NCBI GenBank assembly: GCA_046348645.1
Contig: JAXMDU010000004.1
Location: 32,645 to 96,644 of the forward strand
Reading direction: 5' to 3'
Length of the DNA stretch: 64,000 nucleotides
Source of the DNA: Alphaproteobacteria bacterium
Lineage (GTDB): Bacteria; Pseudomonadota; Alphaproteobacteria; JAXMDU01
This document shows, in pieces, positions 48,104-56,142 of the stretch. The notes beneath the pieces were generated by a model that saw nothing but the letters and a program-made list of their open reading frames with translations, had not been told where the DNA came from and did no database searches. The translations under genes and the position numbers were made by a program. Within the stretch, counting starts at the first letter, position 1. Each line of letters begins with the position of its first letter.

Positions 48104-48386
48104 GAACGGGTTCCTGCACGGACGCATGGCGTCGCCTATGTCGGTCCCGCAGAGGCCGGCTGAAATCGCCCTATTCCGCCGCCTTCTGGCGGAACTTCGA
48201 GAGCGAGCTCCGAATGCATGATCTTGCCGTTGAGATTACGGCCGATCATGCCTTCCACCATCTGCGCGCAACCGATCAGCTTGTCGAGATCGATGCCGGT
48301 CTCGATGCCAAGCTCGGCGCACAGGAACACCATGTCCTCGGTGCAGATGTTGCCGGCCGCGCCCTTGTGGCCGGCGAAGGGACAGC
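48104..48386. repeat. right copy of about 283-bp direct repeat
   Basis: Duplicate of 43937-44217; contains a degenerate copy of the ubiV 3' end and the 3' end of the HMG-CoA lyase-like gene. Confidence 0.85.
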
Positions 48387-49129
48387 GCGAGCGCGGCGAG
48401 CGAACTGTCGAACAGATCGACGCCCATTTCGAGCGCCGCGTAGAAATTCGCCGGGCCAAGGCCGCGAGTATCGTGCAGATGGAGGCCGATCCGCACCTCG
48501 GGCCAGATCTCGCGCACGATGCCGATGCGGCGCTTGATCGCTTCCGGATTGGCCCAGCCGACCGTGTCGGCAAGATAGAGGGCCGGGATCTTGTAATCAT
48601 GCTCGGCGGTCACCGCTTTGATCAGCCGCACGTTTGTGGCGATCTGGGTCTCGGGGATCTCGCCTTCCATGTTGCAGCCGAAGGCGGTCGCGATATAGGC
48701 GGCCGAGGGCGCGACACGATGCTGCTTGTAGAGCTCGATCCATTCGTGCTGATCCTTGCGGTACTGCTCGATGCTGCGGTTGTTGTTCTGGGTGCAGAAG
48801 GCCTCGCTGGTGGAATAATAGATGACGCCTTCAAGGGTTACGTTCCTGAGATCGAGGGCCCGCAGGAAGCCCTGCTTGTTGAGCCAGGTCGCCGTATATT
48901 TCACGCCCGGCCGCGGATGGATGGCGGCGAAGAATTCGGGCGTGTCGGCCATCGGCGGCACCCGTTTCGGGTTGACGAGCGAGGCGACGTTGATGTGCTT
49001 CAGACCGGTATCGCTCAGGGCATCGATCAGGGCCACCCGCTGTTCCAAGGGATAGATGGTTTTTTCGATCTGGAAGCCCTCGCGCGGGCCTTCCTCGCGG
49101 AATTCGACGAAACGGGGCAGCGTCGCCAT
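48136..49129 (-). pseudogene. HMG-CoA lyase-like (DRE-TIM metallolyase) gene, frameshifted at the repeat/insertion junction
   Basis: N-terminal body (FREEGPREGFQIEKTIYP...RIGLHLHDTRGLGPANFYAALEMGVDLFDSS) in ORF 48236-50107; C-terminus (CPFAGHKGAAGNICTEDMVFL...) in ORF 48136-48600; frame changes at about 48387-48395. Confidence 0.6.
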
Positions 49130-49327
49130 GGCCGATTCTCCTGTTGCCGGTCGCTCCTGGTGCGGAAATGCGAAGGCCTGAAAAAGTAAGGACTTCGTCT
49201 GAGGATCGATGTTAGCGCAATCGGCGGGGCGCGCAATCATGACCGCCGGCCTTGCCGGCCAGCCGGTTTCAGCCCAAGATCGTGCCCCGTTCGTACCAGA
49301 CAGCAACAGTGACAGTCGGAGGAGCAT

Positions 49328-50488
49328 GTGAGCGAGCGACCAGCGATTGTCAGCGCCTTTGAGCACCCGTTGCGAAAAGGCCCCGACTACAGCGCCCTGC
49401 GATTCATCGGCGAAAGTGCGGCAGGCGCGCTGGCCGATGCCGGGCTGAAGCCCGGCGATATCGACGGGCTGGCAACCGCCGGCGAAACGATGGCGGTCAA
49501 CTATATTGCGGAATACCTGAACCTGAAGCCGCGCTGGTTCGATTCGACGTCGATCGGCGGATCGTCGTTCCTGTCGCACATCATGCACGCGTCGGATGCG
49601 ATCCGTCAGGGCAAGGCGCGCGCGGTGCTGCTGTGCTATGGTAGCACGGCGCGATCGTCGGCGGCGGCGCTGGGCGGCAGCGCCCGCACCCTGGTCATCG
49701 ACGCCCAGGGCGTCGGCGATTCCGACTATTACTACACACCCTATGGCGTCAACCTGGTATCGCAATACGCGCTGGTGGCCAGGCGCCACATGCACGAATA
49801 CGGCACCACCCGCGAGCAGCTGGCCGAGATTGCCGTCACCTGCCGCACCCATGCGGCGCTCAACCCGCTGGCCCGCTTTCGCGACCCGATCACGGTCGCC
49901 GATGTCGTGAAGTCGCGCCCGGTCGCCGAACCTCTGCACCTGCTGGATTGCTGCGTGATCACCGATGGCGGCGGCGCGGTCATCGTCGCCGCGCCCGAGG
50001 TCGCCCGCAACTGCAAGAAGAAGCCGATCCGGGTGCTGGGCGGATCGGAAGCCGCCGCCCACCGCGAGGGCGGGCACCATCGCCTGCTTGACGTGGCGGC
50101 CAGGCAATCGGGCCCGGCCGCCTTTGCCGCGACCGGATTGAAGCCATCGGATGTCGATTTCTGCATGATCTATGACAGCTTCACCATCACGGTGATGACG
50201 ACGCTCGAGGGGCTTGGCTTCTGCAAGCCGGGCGAAGGCGGCGCCTTTGTGCAGGGCGGGCGCATCAGGCTAGGTGGCGCGCTTCCCATCAATCCCGATG
50301 GCGGTGCGCTTTCCAATCACCACCCGGGACGGCGCGGCATCTTCCTGGCCATCGAGGCAGTGCGCCAGTTGCGTGGCGAAGGCGGGCCCCGGCAGGTCAA
50401 GGATGCCAGGATCGCCCTCTGTCACGGAACCGGCGGCTACCTTTCTGACCGCCACAGCGGTGTCACTTTGCTGTTGGGAGCTGACTGA
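49328..50488 (+). CDS. thiolase-like protein (SCP-x/non-condensing thiolase type)
   Basis: GTG start after GGAGGA; thiolase-like blocks; translationally coupled to the downstream DUF35 gene (TGATG overlap). Confidence 0.7.
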   Translation: MSERPAIVSAFEHPLRKGPDYSALRFIGESAAGALADAGLKPGDIDGLATAGETMAVNYIAEYLNLKPRWFDSTSIGGSSFLSHIMHASDAIRQGKARAVLLCYGSTARSSAAALGGSARTLVIDAQGVGDSDYYYTPYGVNLVSQYALVARRHMHEYGTTREQLAEIAVTCRTHAALNPLARFRDPITVADVVKSRPVAEPLHLLDCCVITDGGGAVIVAAPEVARNCKKKPIRVLGGSEAAAHREGGHHRLLDVAARQSGPAAFAATGLKPSDVDFCMIYDSFTITVMTTLEGLGFCKPGEGGAFVQGGRIRLGGALPINPDGGALSNHHPGRRGIFLAIEAVRQLRGEGGPRQVKDARIALCHGTGGYLSDRHSGVTLLLGAD

Positions 50489-50898
50489 TGGACAAGGCAA
50501 CGAAACATCCCGCCCCGCCGATGACCCCGGAGTCGGCGCCCTATTGGAAGGCGGCGAGCAAGGGCGAGCTGCTGATCGGCTGGTGCGAGGACTGCAAGAA
50601 GCCGCACCACGCGCCCCAGGGGGTGTGCCCGTTCTGCTGGTCGTCGAAGACCCGCGCCAAGCCGGCCAGTGGACGCGGCAAGGTGAATTCCTTCACGGTG
50701 ATCCACCAGACCGCAATGCCCGATTTTGTCGGCCTGGTGCCCTTTGTGGTTGCCTATGTCGAGCTTGAAGAGGGCGTGTCGCTGGTCAGCAACATCGTCG
50801 AGTGCGAATGGAGCAAGGTCAGGATCGACATGCCGGTAGTCGCAACCTTCGAGACGGTAGCCGAGAACGTCGGCATCCCGCTGTTCAAGCCGGCCTGA
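50488..50898 (+). CDS. DUF35 Zn-ribbon/OB-fold protein (thiolase partner)
   Basis: CEDCKKPHHAPQGVCPFC zinc ribbon followed by OB-fold-like C-terminus; usual pairing with SCP-x-type thiolases. Confidence 0.65.
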   Translation: MDKATKHPAPPMTPESAPYWKAASKGELLIGWCEDCKKPHHAPQGVCPFCWSSKTRAKPASGRGKVNSFTVIHQTAMPDFVGLVPFVVAYVELEEGVSLVSNIVECEWSKVRIDMPVVATFETVAENVGIPLFKPA

Positions 50899-50933
50899 GC
50901 GCGACGAAGCGACGAAACCGGGATGGACGAAAA

Positions 50934-50968
50934 TGGGGCGGCCGCCTGGGGCCGCCCCGCCCTTTTCG
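50934..50968. terminator. bidirectional rho-independent terminator between convergent genes
   Basis: GGGGCGGCC gcctg GGCCGCCCC followed by gcccTTTTCG on + and aTTTTCG on -. Confidence 0.6.
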
Positions 50969-52021
50969 TCAGCTTGCGCCTTTCTTGGCCTCGCTCAGAA
51001 CGAAGTCGAGCATCTGCTGGGCGGGATAGCCCTTCGGCGTCATCTCCTTCACCCATTCGTCCCAGACGGGTTGCCCCCCGACACGGGCGAATTCCTCGCG
51101 CATGGCGGGCGGGATCACCACCGTCCTAACACCCCGTTTCTTGAAGGCATCCTCGGCCTTGTCTTCTTCGGCCTGCAGGGCGTCGCTCTGGGCTTTGTGG
51201 GCCGCGGGGGTGACATCGAGAATCACCTTCTTGTACTGGGGCGGCAGCTTGTTGAAGGCATCGCGATTGAAATCGACATTCGAGATCGACACGCCGAGCG
51301 CCAGGCCCTTCGTGTACCACTTGCTGATCTCGTGAAGCTTGTAGACCTCGAAGGCGTAATAGGCGAAACCGGCGGCGTCGATCACGCCGCGCTCCAGGCT
51401 GCCATAGACCTCGGGGCTGGTGACCGAGGTGGCCACGGCGCCAAGCTTGGCCATCGCCGCGCCCTGACCGCCGATCGCGCGCACCCGCAGGCCTTTCCAG
51501 TCGGAAAGCTTTTCCGGCGCCTTGCCGGTGCCCATGAACTCGTAGGACGGAATGACATTCGACAGGCCGTAATTGACGTTCCAGACATCGAAATCCCGCT
51601 TCACGAACGCATGCCGATGGAAGATATCCGAGACGCGTGTCTGGGTTCTCAGGTCATCGAGCGGAAGGAAGGGCAGGCTCAGCACCGCAAGGCCGGGCTG
51701 CTTGCCCGGCGCGAAGGCGGGCACCACCCATCCCGCTTCATAGGCCCCGAGCTTGAGGCCGTCCAGGACTTCCTTTTCAGGGGACAGGGTCGCGCCATAG
51801 ACGACCTCGATCCTGAAATTGCCGTTCGTCTCGGCGGCGACAAGTTCCGAGAACTTGTCCATCGAGATCGAAACGGCGCGTGGCTTGCCATAGGCGGCCA
51901 GCCGCCAGTGGACCTTGGGCCCGTCGACGGCGGCCTGGGCCGCCGCCGCAGAGCCGAAAACAAGCGCCGCCCCAAGCGTGATCGCCGCGACGGTCATACC
52001 AAAACGATAATGCAAGAACAT
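50969..52021 (-). CDS. periplasmic solute-binding protein, TRAP DctP-like family (orphan)
   Basis: Start MFLHYRFGMTVAAITLGAALVFGSAAAAQA after GGAGGA; fourth SBP paralog. Confidence 0.55.
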   Translation of the reverse strand: MFLHYRFGMTVAAITLGAALVFGSAAAAQAAVDGPKVHWRLAAYGKPRAVSISMDKFSELVAAETNGNFRIEVVYGATLSPEKEVLDGLKLGAYEAGWVVPAFAPGKQPGLAVLSLPFLPLDDLRTQTRVSDIFHRHAFVKRDFDVWNVNYGLSNVIPSYEFMGTGKAPEKLSDWKGLRVRAIGGQGAAMAKLGAVATSVTSPEVYGSLERGVIDAAGFAYYAFEVYKLHEISKWYTKGLALGVSISNVDFNRDAFNKLPPQYKKVILDVTPAAHKAQSDALQAEEDKAEDAFKKRGVRTVVIPPAMREEFARVGGQPVWDEWVKEMTPKGYPAQQMLDFVLSEAKKGAS

Positions 52022-52208
52022 GGCAGATTTTCCTCCGTGCGCCTTTGATCTGATTGTTGTGATTTGCAGAGCACGTTGCCGGTTGTCCGGCAGAGCCGAT
52101 CCCGACATTGCATCCATGATTGCCCAAATGCTGGAAAAGTCGAGGGGAAATGCGCGGCCCTCAATTCATGCAATTCGGTCGCACATGCAAGATGGCGACT
52201 GGAAATGG

Positions 52209-52237
52209 AAAAAGCCCGCCACGGGTCAGCGCGGCGG
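52209..52237. repeat. 29-bp direct repeat copy 1 (AAAAAGCCCGCCACGGGTCAGCGCGGCGG), degenerate terminator
   Basis: Identical 29-mer recurs at 52989-53017; together they bracket a roughly 750-bp lower-GC segment. Confidence 0.8.
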
Positions 52238-52401
52238 CATGAACGGCCGAACATTCGCCGTCGCCTTCATCGAAGGACTGCCAAAACCGCAACCAGAAAA
52301 GGAGGAGAAGCAATCCGAAATACGAGACACCAACAAAGTCGCCTGACGCCCCCGCTCACCGCGGCACTGTCAGCCGATTACCCTCTCCGTACATGTTTTG
52401 C

Positions 52402-52869
52402 CTACCGCGCCCCTGAAAGCTGCAAGAGTCCGGACCAAGCGTTCACGATAACGACAAACATTCCGCAAAGTATGACAATAAACAAACCGGTCGTTACGGG
52501 CCAATCATACCAAAAACTGACGCGATCACGGTTTACTTCGCCGTAGACCTCTCGCGCATCTTTCTCAAATCTACCGTATAGGCGATTCAACCTCTCTCTT
52601 TTCTCTTTCATTGAATCCGTCGCGTAGACGATCACCATCAACCACATCTCCGCCACACCGATAGCGGCAATCGTAAGAATGGTCTTCCCCCAGCACGTCA
52701 GAGCGAACGGTGTCCGTGTCAAAAAGTACAGAGCGGCAAAGAGCAGCAGGGCATAATTCGTGATCTTCCAAGTCCTATCCTTCATGGCCGCGATATGTGC
52801 GATGGCGTCGCGGTGAATCATGTCGTACGCCCGCTGCGTTTCGACCTGTTCGGGTTGCTTTTCCTCCAT
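52402..52869 (-). CDS. small membrane protein of unknown function, 155 aa, three predicted TM helices, low GC
   Basis: Start MEEKQPEQ after AAGGAG; hydrophobic stretches ITNYALLLFAALYFL, ILTIAAIGVAEMWLMVIVYA, TTGLFIVILCGMFVVIVNAW; GC about 48%. Confidence 0.55.
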   Translation of the reverse strand: MEEKQPEQVETQRAYDMIHRDAIAHIAAMKDRTWKITNYALLLFAALYFLTRTPFALTCWGKTILTIAAIGVAEMWLMVIVYATDSMKEKRERLNRLYGRFEKDAREVYGEVNRDRVSFWYDWPVTTGLFIVILCGMFVVIVNAWSGLLQLSGAR

Positions 52870-52985
52870 GGCCGACTCCTTCAAATGTATCACCTTGAAT
52901 AGGCTACCGAGGATTAAGCCGTGTTTGGAAAAATTCCAGCGCGCCAATGTTGCAAAGGCGAGAGGCCCACATGCCCGAGAGCGCC

Positions 52986-53030
52986 AATAAAAAAGCCCGC
53001 CACGGGTCAGCGCGGCGGGCTTTTGTCTTT
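52986..53030 (-). terminator. rho-independent terminator for the MaoC-like gene; includes 29-bp repeat copy 2
   Basis: GCCCGCC...GGCGGGC stem; minus-strand RNA ends in UUUUUUAUU, plus strand has TTTTGTCTTTC. Confidence 0.75.
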
Positions 53031-53044
53031 CGTCTGTCAGCCGA

Positions 53045-53500
53045 TCAACGGGGCCGCTTCAGCATCATGCCGGCGCGCTTCGTGCTCATCACGCACTGGT
53101 TGTGCTGGTTGAAGCCCTCGTGCAGGCATTCGACCACGCCGCGATCGGGTCGCGTCTTGCTTTCCCGCTTGCCGATGATCGTGGTCTGGCCACGCAGCGT
53201 GTCGCCCGGGAAGACCGGGTTCGGGAACTTTGTGTCCGCAAAGTACAGATTGCCAAGCGTCGTGCCGAGGGTCAGCTCGGTCACCTGCAGGGCGGTGACG
53301 AACGACATCACATAGAGCGGGTTGATCTCGACCCGCTTGAACCGCGCATGCTGGGCCGCCCACTCTTCGTCCATGTAAGTGGGTTCGGTTTCCATGCACA
53401 TGCATGTGTACCAGATGCTGTCCGGCAGGGTCATCGTCCGCGTCACCTCGTGGCGATAGACCTTGCCGACCTCAAACTCCTCGAAATAGAGACCTGCCAT
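53045..53500 (-). CDS. MaoC-like (R)-specific enoyl-CoA hydratase / hotdog-fold dehydratase
   Basis: Start MAGLYFEEFEVGKVYRHEVTRT; 152 aa. Confidence 0.7.
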   Translation of the reverse strand: MAGLYFEEFEVGKVYRHEVTRTMTLPDSIWYTCMCMETEPTYMDEEWAAQHARFKRVEINPLYVMSFVTALQVTELTLGTTLGNLYFADTKFPNPVFPGDTLRGQTTIIGKRESKTRPDRGVVECLHEGFNQHNQCVMSTKRAGMMLKRPR

Positions 53501-53532
53501 GTGATGTCCTTCCCGTTCCCTTCCTATTTCCA

Positions 53533-53568
53533 AGCCCGTTGCCTGGCCCGTTCCTCGGCGTGTTCCCT
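53533..53568. repeat. 3 degenerate tandem 12-bp units (GCCCGTTCCTNG-like) downstream of ACAD 53584-54756
   Basis: gcccgttgcctg / gcccgttcctcg / gcgtgttccctg. Confidence 0.5.
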
Positions 53569-53583
53569 GGCGCGGGCCGGCCT

Positions 53584-54756
53584 TCAATATGATTTTGGCA
53601 GCCCGAGCACCCGTTCGGCAATATACGACAGAATGAGCGGCGGTGGAATTGGTCCGATGCGGAGCACCTGGACCTCGCGCAGATAGCGCTCGACATGGAA
53701 CTCCTTGGCATAGCCCATGCCGCCATGGGTCATGATCGCCTGCTCGCAGGCCTCGAACCCGGCCTCGGCCGCCAACCACTTGGCGGCATTGGATTCAGGG
53801 CCGCAGGGCTCGCCCTGGTCGTAGAGCGTGGCGGCCTTGAAGGCCATCAGGTTGGCGGCCTCGAGCTTGCACCAGGCCTCGGCCAGCGGGTGCTGGATGG
53901 CCTGGTTCTGGCCGATGGGGCGGCCAAAGACGACGCGATCACGCGCATACTGGGTGGCCCGCCGCAGGCCGGCCCGGCCCATGCCCACACATTCCACCGC
54001 CACCAGGATGCGTTCCGGGTTCAGGCTGTCCAGGAGGTAGTAAAAGCCTTTGCCCTCCTCGCCGATCAGGTCTTCCTTGGGGACCGGCATGCCGTCATAG
54101 AACACCTGGTTCGAATCGACCGCGTGGCGGCCCATCTTCTGGATTTCCCGCACCTCGGCGTATTTCTTGTTGAGGTCGGTATAGAAAAGGCTCAGGCCAT
54201 CGATCGGGCGCTTGGTCTTCTCGATCGGCGTGGTGCGCGCGATCAGCATCACCTTGTTGGCAACCTGGGCGGTCGAGGTCCAGATCTTCTGGCCCGAGAT
54301 GATGTAGCGCTGGCTCTTGGCATCCCACTCGGCCTTGGTGGTGAGATGGGTGGTGTCGATGCCGGCCCCGGGCTCGGTAACGCCGAAGGCCGAGCGGTCC
54401 TTCAGGGTGATGAGCCGATTGACCCAGCGGCGCTTCTGTTCGTCGGTGCCGTATTTCACGATGGCACCGGGCCCGAAGATGTTGACGTGCACCGCCGAAC
54501 AGGCGGCAAGACAGCCGCCTGATTCGGCGATCGTCTGCATCATCAGCGCCGCTTCGGTATAGCCCAGGCCCGAGCCGCCGTATTCCTCGGGCATGATGAT
54601 GCCAAGATAGCCGGCCTCCGCCATGGCCTTGGCAAAATCGTGCGGGAATTCGTGCTTGGTGTCGCGCTCGAGCCAGTAGGAATCGCTGAAGCCTTCGCAA
54701 ATCTTGGCAACGCCGTCCCGGATTGACAGTTGTTCCGGGGTAAACTTGAAATCCAT
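53584..54756 (-). CDS. acyl-CoA dehydrogenase (LGLPKSY paralog group)
   Basis: MDFKFTPEQLSIRD...FGVTEPGAGIDTT...GGMGYAKEFHVERYLRE...LGLPKSY. Confidence 0.85.
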   Translation of the reverse strand: MDFKFTPEQLSIRDGVAKICEGFSDSYWLERDTKHEFPHDFAKAMAEAGYLGIIMPEEYGGSGLGYTEAALMMQTIAESGGCLAACSAVHVNIFGPGAIVKYGTDEQKRRWVNRLITLKDRSAFGVTEPGAGIDTTHLTTKAEWDAKSQRYIISGQKIWTSTAQVANKVMLIARTTPIEKTKRPIDGLSLFYTDLNKKYAEVREIQKMGRHAVDSNQVFYDGMPVPKEDLIGEEGKGFYYLLDSLNPERILVAVECVGMGRAGLRRATQYARDRVVFGRPIGQNQAIQHPLAEAWCKLEAANLMAFKAATLYDQGEPCGPESNAAKWLAAEAGFEACEQAIMTHGGMGYAKEFHVERYLREVQVLRIGPIPPPLILSYIAERVLGLPKSY

Positions 54757-54927
54757 CGTTCTGCCTCCTCAAAGACCAGGTCGGGCAGCGCTGATCCCCG
54801 ATCGCGCTCTTGTGCCTTGTGCTGACCCAGTCTAGCGCCCCACAATGCCCGTGCAACAACTCCCGCTTGGCCGAGTTCGCCACTGGGTGAAGCAGGCGGC
54901 GGAACGGTCCGTGTTGGGAGGGATTCC

Positions 54928-56142
54928 ATGAGCGGCCCCTTGAGCGGCTATCGCATCCTGGATGCGAGCACGGTCTTTCTTGGCCCCTATGCCACGTCGC
55001 TGCTGGGCGACATGGGGGCCGACGTGGTCAGGATCGAGGCGCCGGGCGGCGACAACATGCGCCATGTCGGCCCGGCCCGCCACCCCGGCATGGCCGCCAT
55101 GTTCCTCAACATCAACCGGAACAAGCGCTCGGCCGTGCTGGACCTGGCCAGACCCGAAGGCCTGGCCGCCCTGAAACGCCTGGCCGAAACCGCCGATGTG
55201 CTGCTGCACAACCTGCGCCCGAAGCCGGCGGCGAAGCTTGGCCTCACCTATGCGGCCTTTGCCGCCGTCAATCCGCGCCTAGTCTTCTGCAACGCGGTGG
55301 GCTTCGGGCGGAACGGCCCCTATTGCGACCGGCCGGCCTATGACGACATCATCCAATCGATGTCGGGGGTCGCATCGCTGATGGCGAGGTCGCTTCAGGG
55401 CGCGCCGCGCTATGTGCCGATGGCGATGGCCGACAAGACCTCGGGCCTGATGGCGCTGTCCGCCATCCTTGCCGCGCTGATCCACCGCGACCGCACCGGC
55501 GAGGGGCAGGAAGTGGAACTGCCGATGTTCGAGACGGTGGCGTCCTTCGCGCTGATGGACCACATGAGCGGCACCGCGTTCGAGCCGCCGCTGGGACCGA
55601 CCGGCTATGGCCGCCAGCTGTCGCCCTATCGCCGCCCGTTCAAGACCCGGGACGGCCATATCTGCGTGCTGCCCTACACCGACAAGAACTGGCGCGATTT
55701 CTTCCGGGTCGCCGGCCGGCCGGATCTGGCCGCCGACCCGCGCTTCGCGACGCTGTCCTCGCGCACCGAGCACACCGAAGAGCTTTACCGGCTGCTGGAC
55801 GAGATCATGACGACCCGCGGCTCGGCCGAATGGATGCAGGCGCTGCTTGGGGCCGACATCCCGGCCGCGCCGGTGAACAGCCAGGACGACCTGCTTGACG
55901 ATCCGCATCTGAAGCAGGTCGGATTTTTCGAGATCTTCGATCATCCGAGCGAGGGCAAGCTGCGCTATGCCCGCGCGCCGATGACGTTCTCGCGCACGCC
56001 GACGGCAATCCGGCGCGGCTCGCCCCGCCTGGGCGAGCACACCGAAGAAATCCTGGCCGAAGCGGGCTATGACCGGGGCGAGATCGAGGCCCTGCTTGCG
56101 TCCGGCGCGGCCGGGCTTCCCCCTGGAACGGAGACCCCATGA
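54928..56142 (+). CDS. CoA-transferase family III (CaiB/BaiF-type)
   Basis: MSGPLSGYRILDASTVFLGPYATSLLGDMGADVVRIE; close paralog of 13031-14230. Confidence 0.85.
   Translation: MSGPLSGYRILDASTVFLGPYATSLLGDMGADVVRIEAPGGDNMRHVGPARHPGMAAMFLNINRNKRSAVLDLARPEGLAALKRLAETADVLLHNLRPKPAAKLGLTYAAFAAVNPRLVFCNAVGFGRNGPYCDRPAYDDIIQSMSGVASLMARSLQGAPRYVPMAMADKTSGLMALSAILAALIHRDRTGEGQEVELPMFETVASFALMDHMSGTAFEPPLGPTGYGRQLSPYRRPFKTRDGHICVLPYTDKNWRDFFRVAGRPDLAADPRFATLSSRTEHTEELYRLLDEIMTTRGSAEWMQALLGADIPAAPVNSQDDLLDDPHLKQVGFFEIFDHPSEGKLRYARAPMTFSRTPTAIRRGSPRLGEHTEEILAEAGYDRGEIEALLASGAAGLPPGTETP

Noticed and set aside
52238-52346. Small plus-strand ORF (MNGRTFAVAFIEGLPKPQPEKEEKQSEIRDTNKVA) at the left end of the second insert
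   Set aside because: No convincing RBS and it overlaps the duplicated terminator; cannot be supported as a gene from sequence alone.
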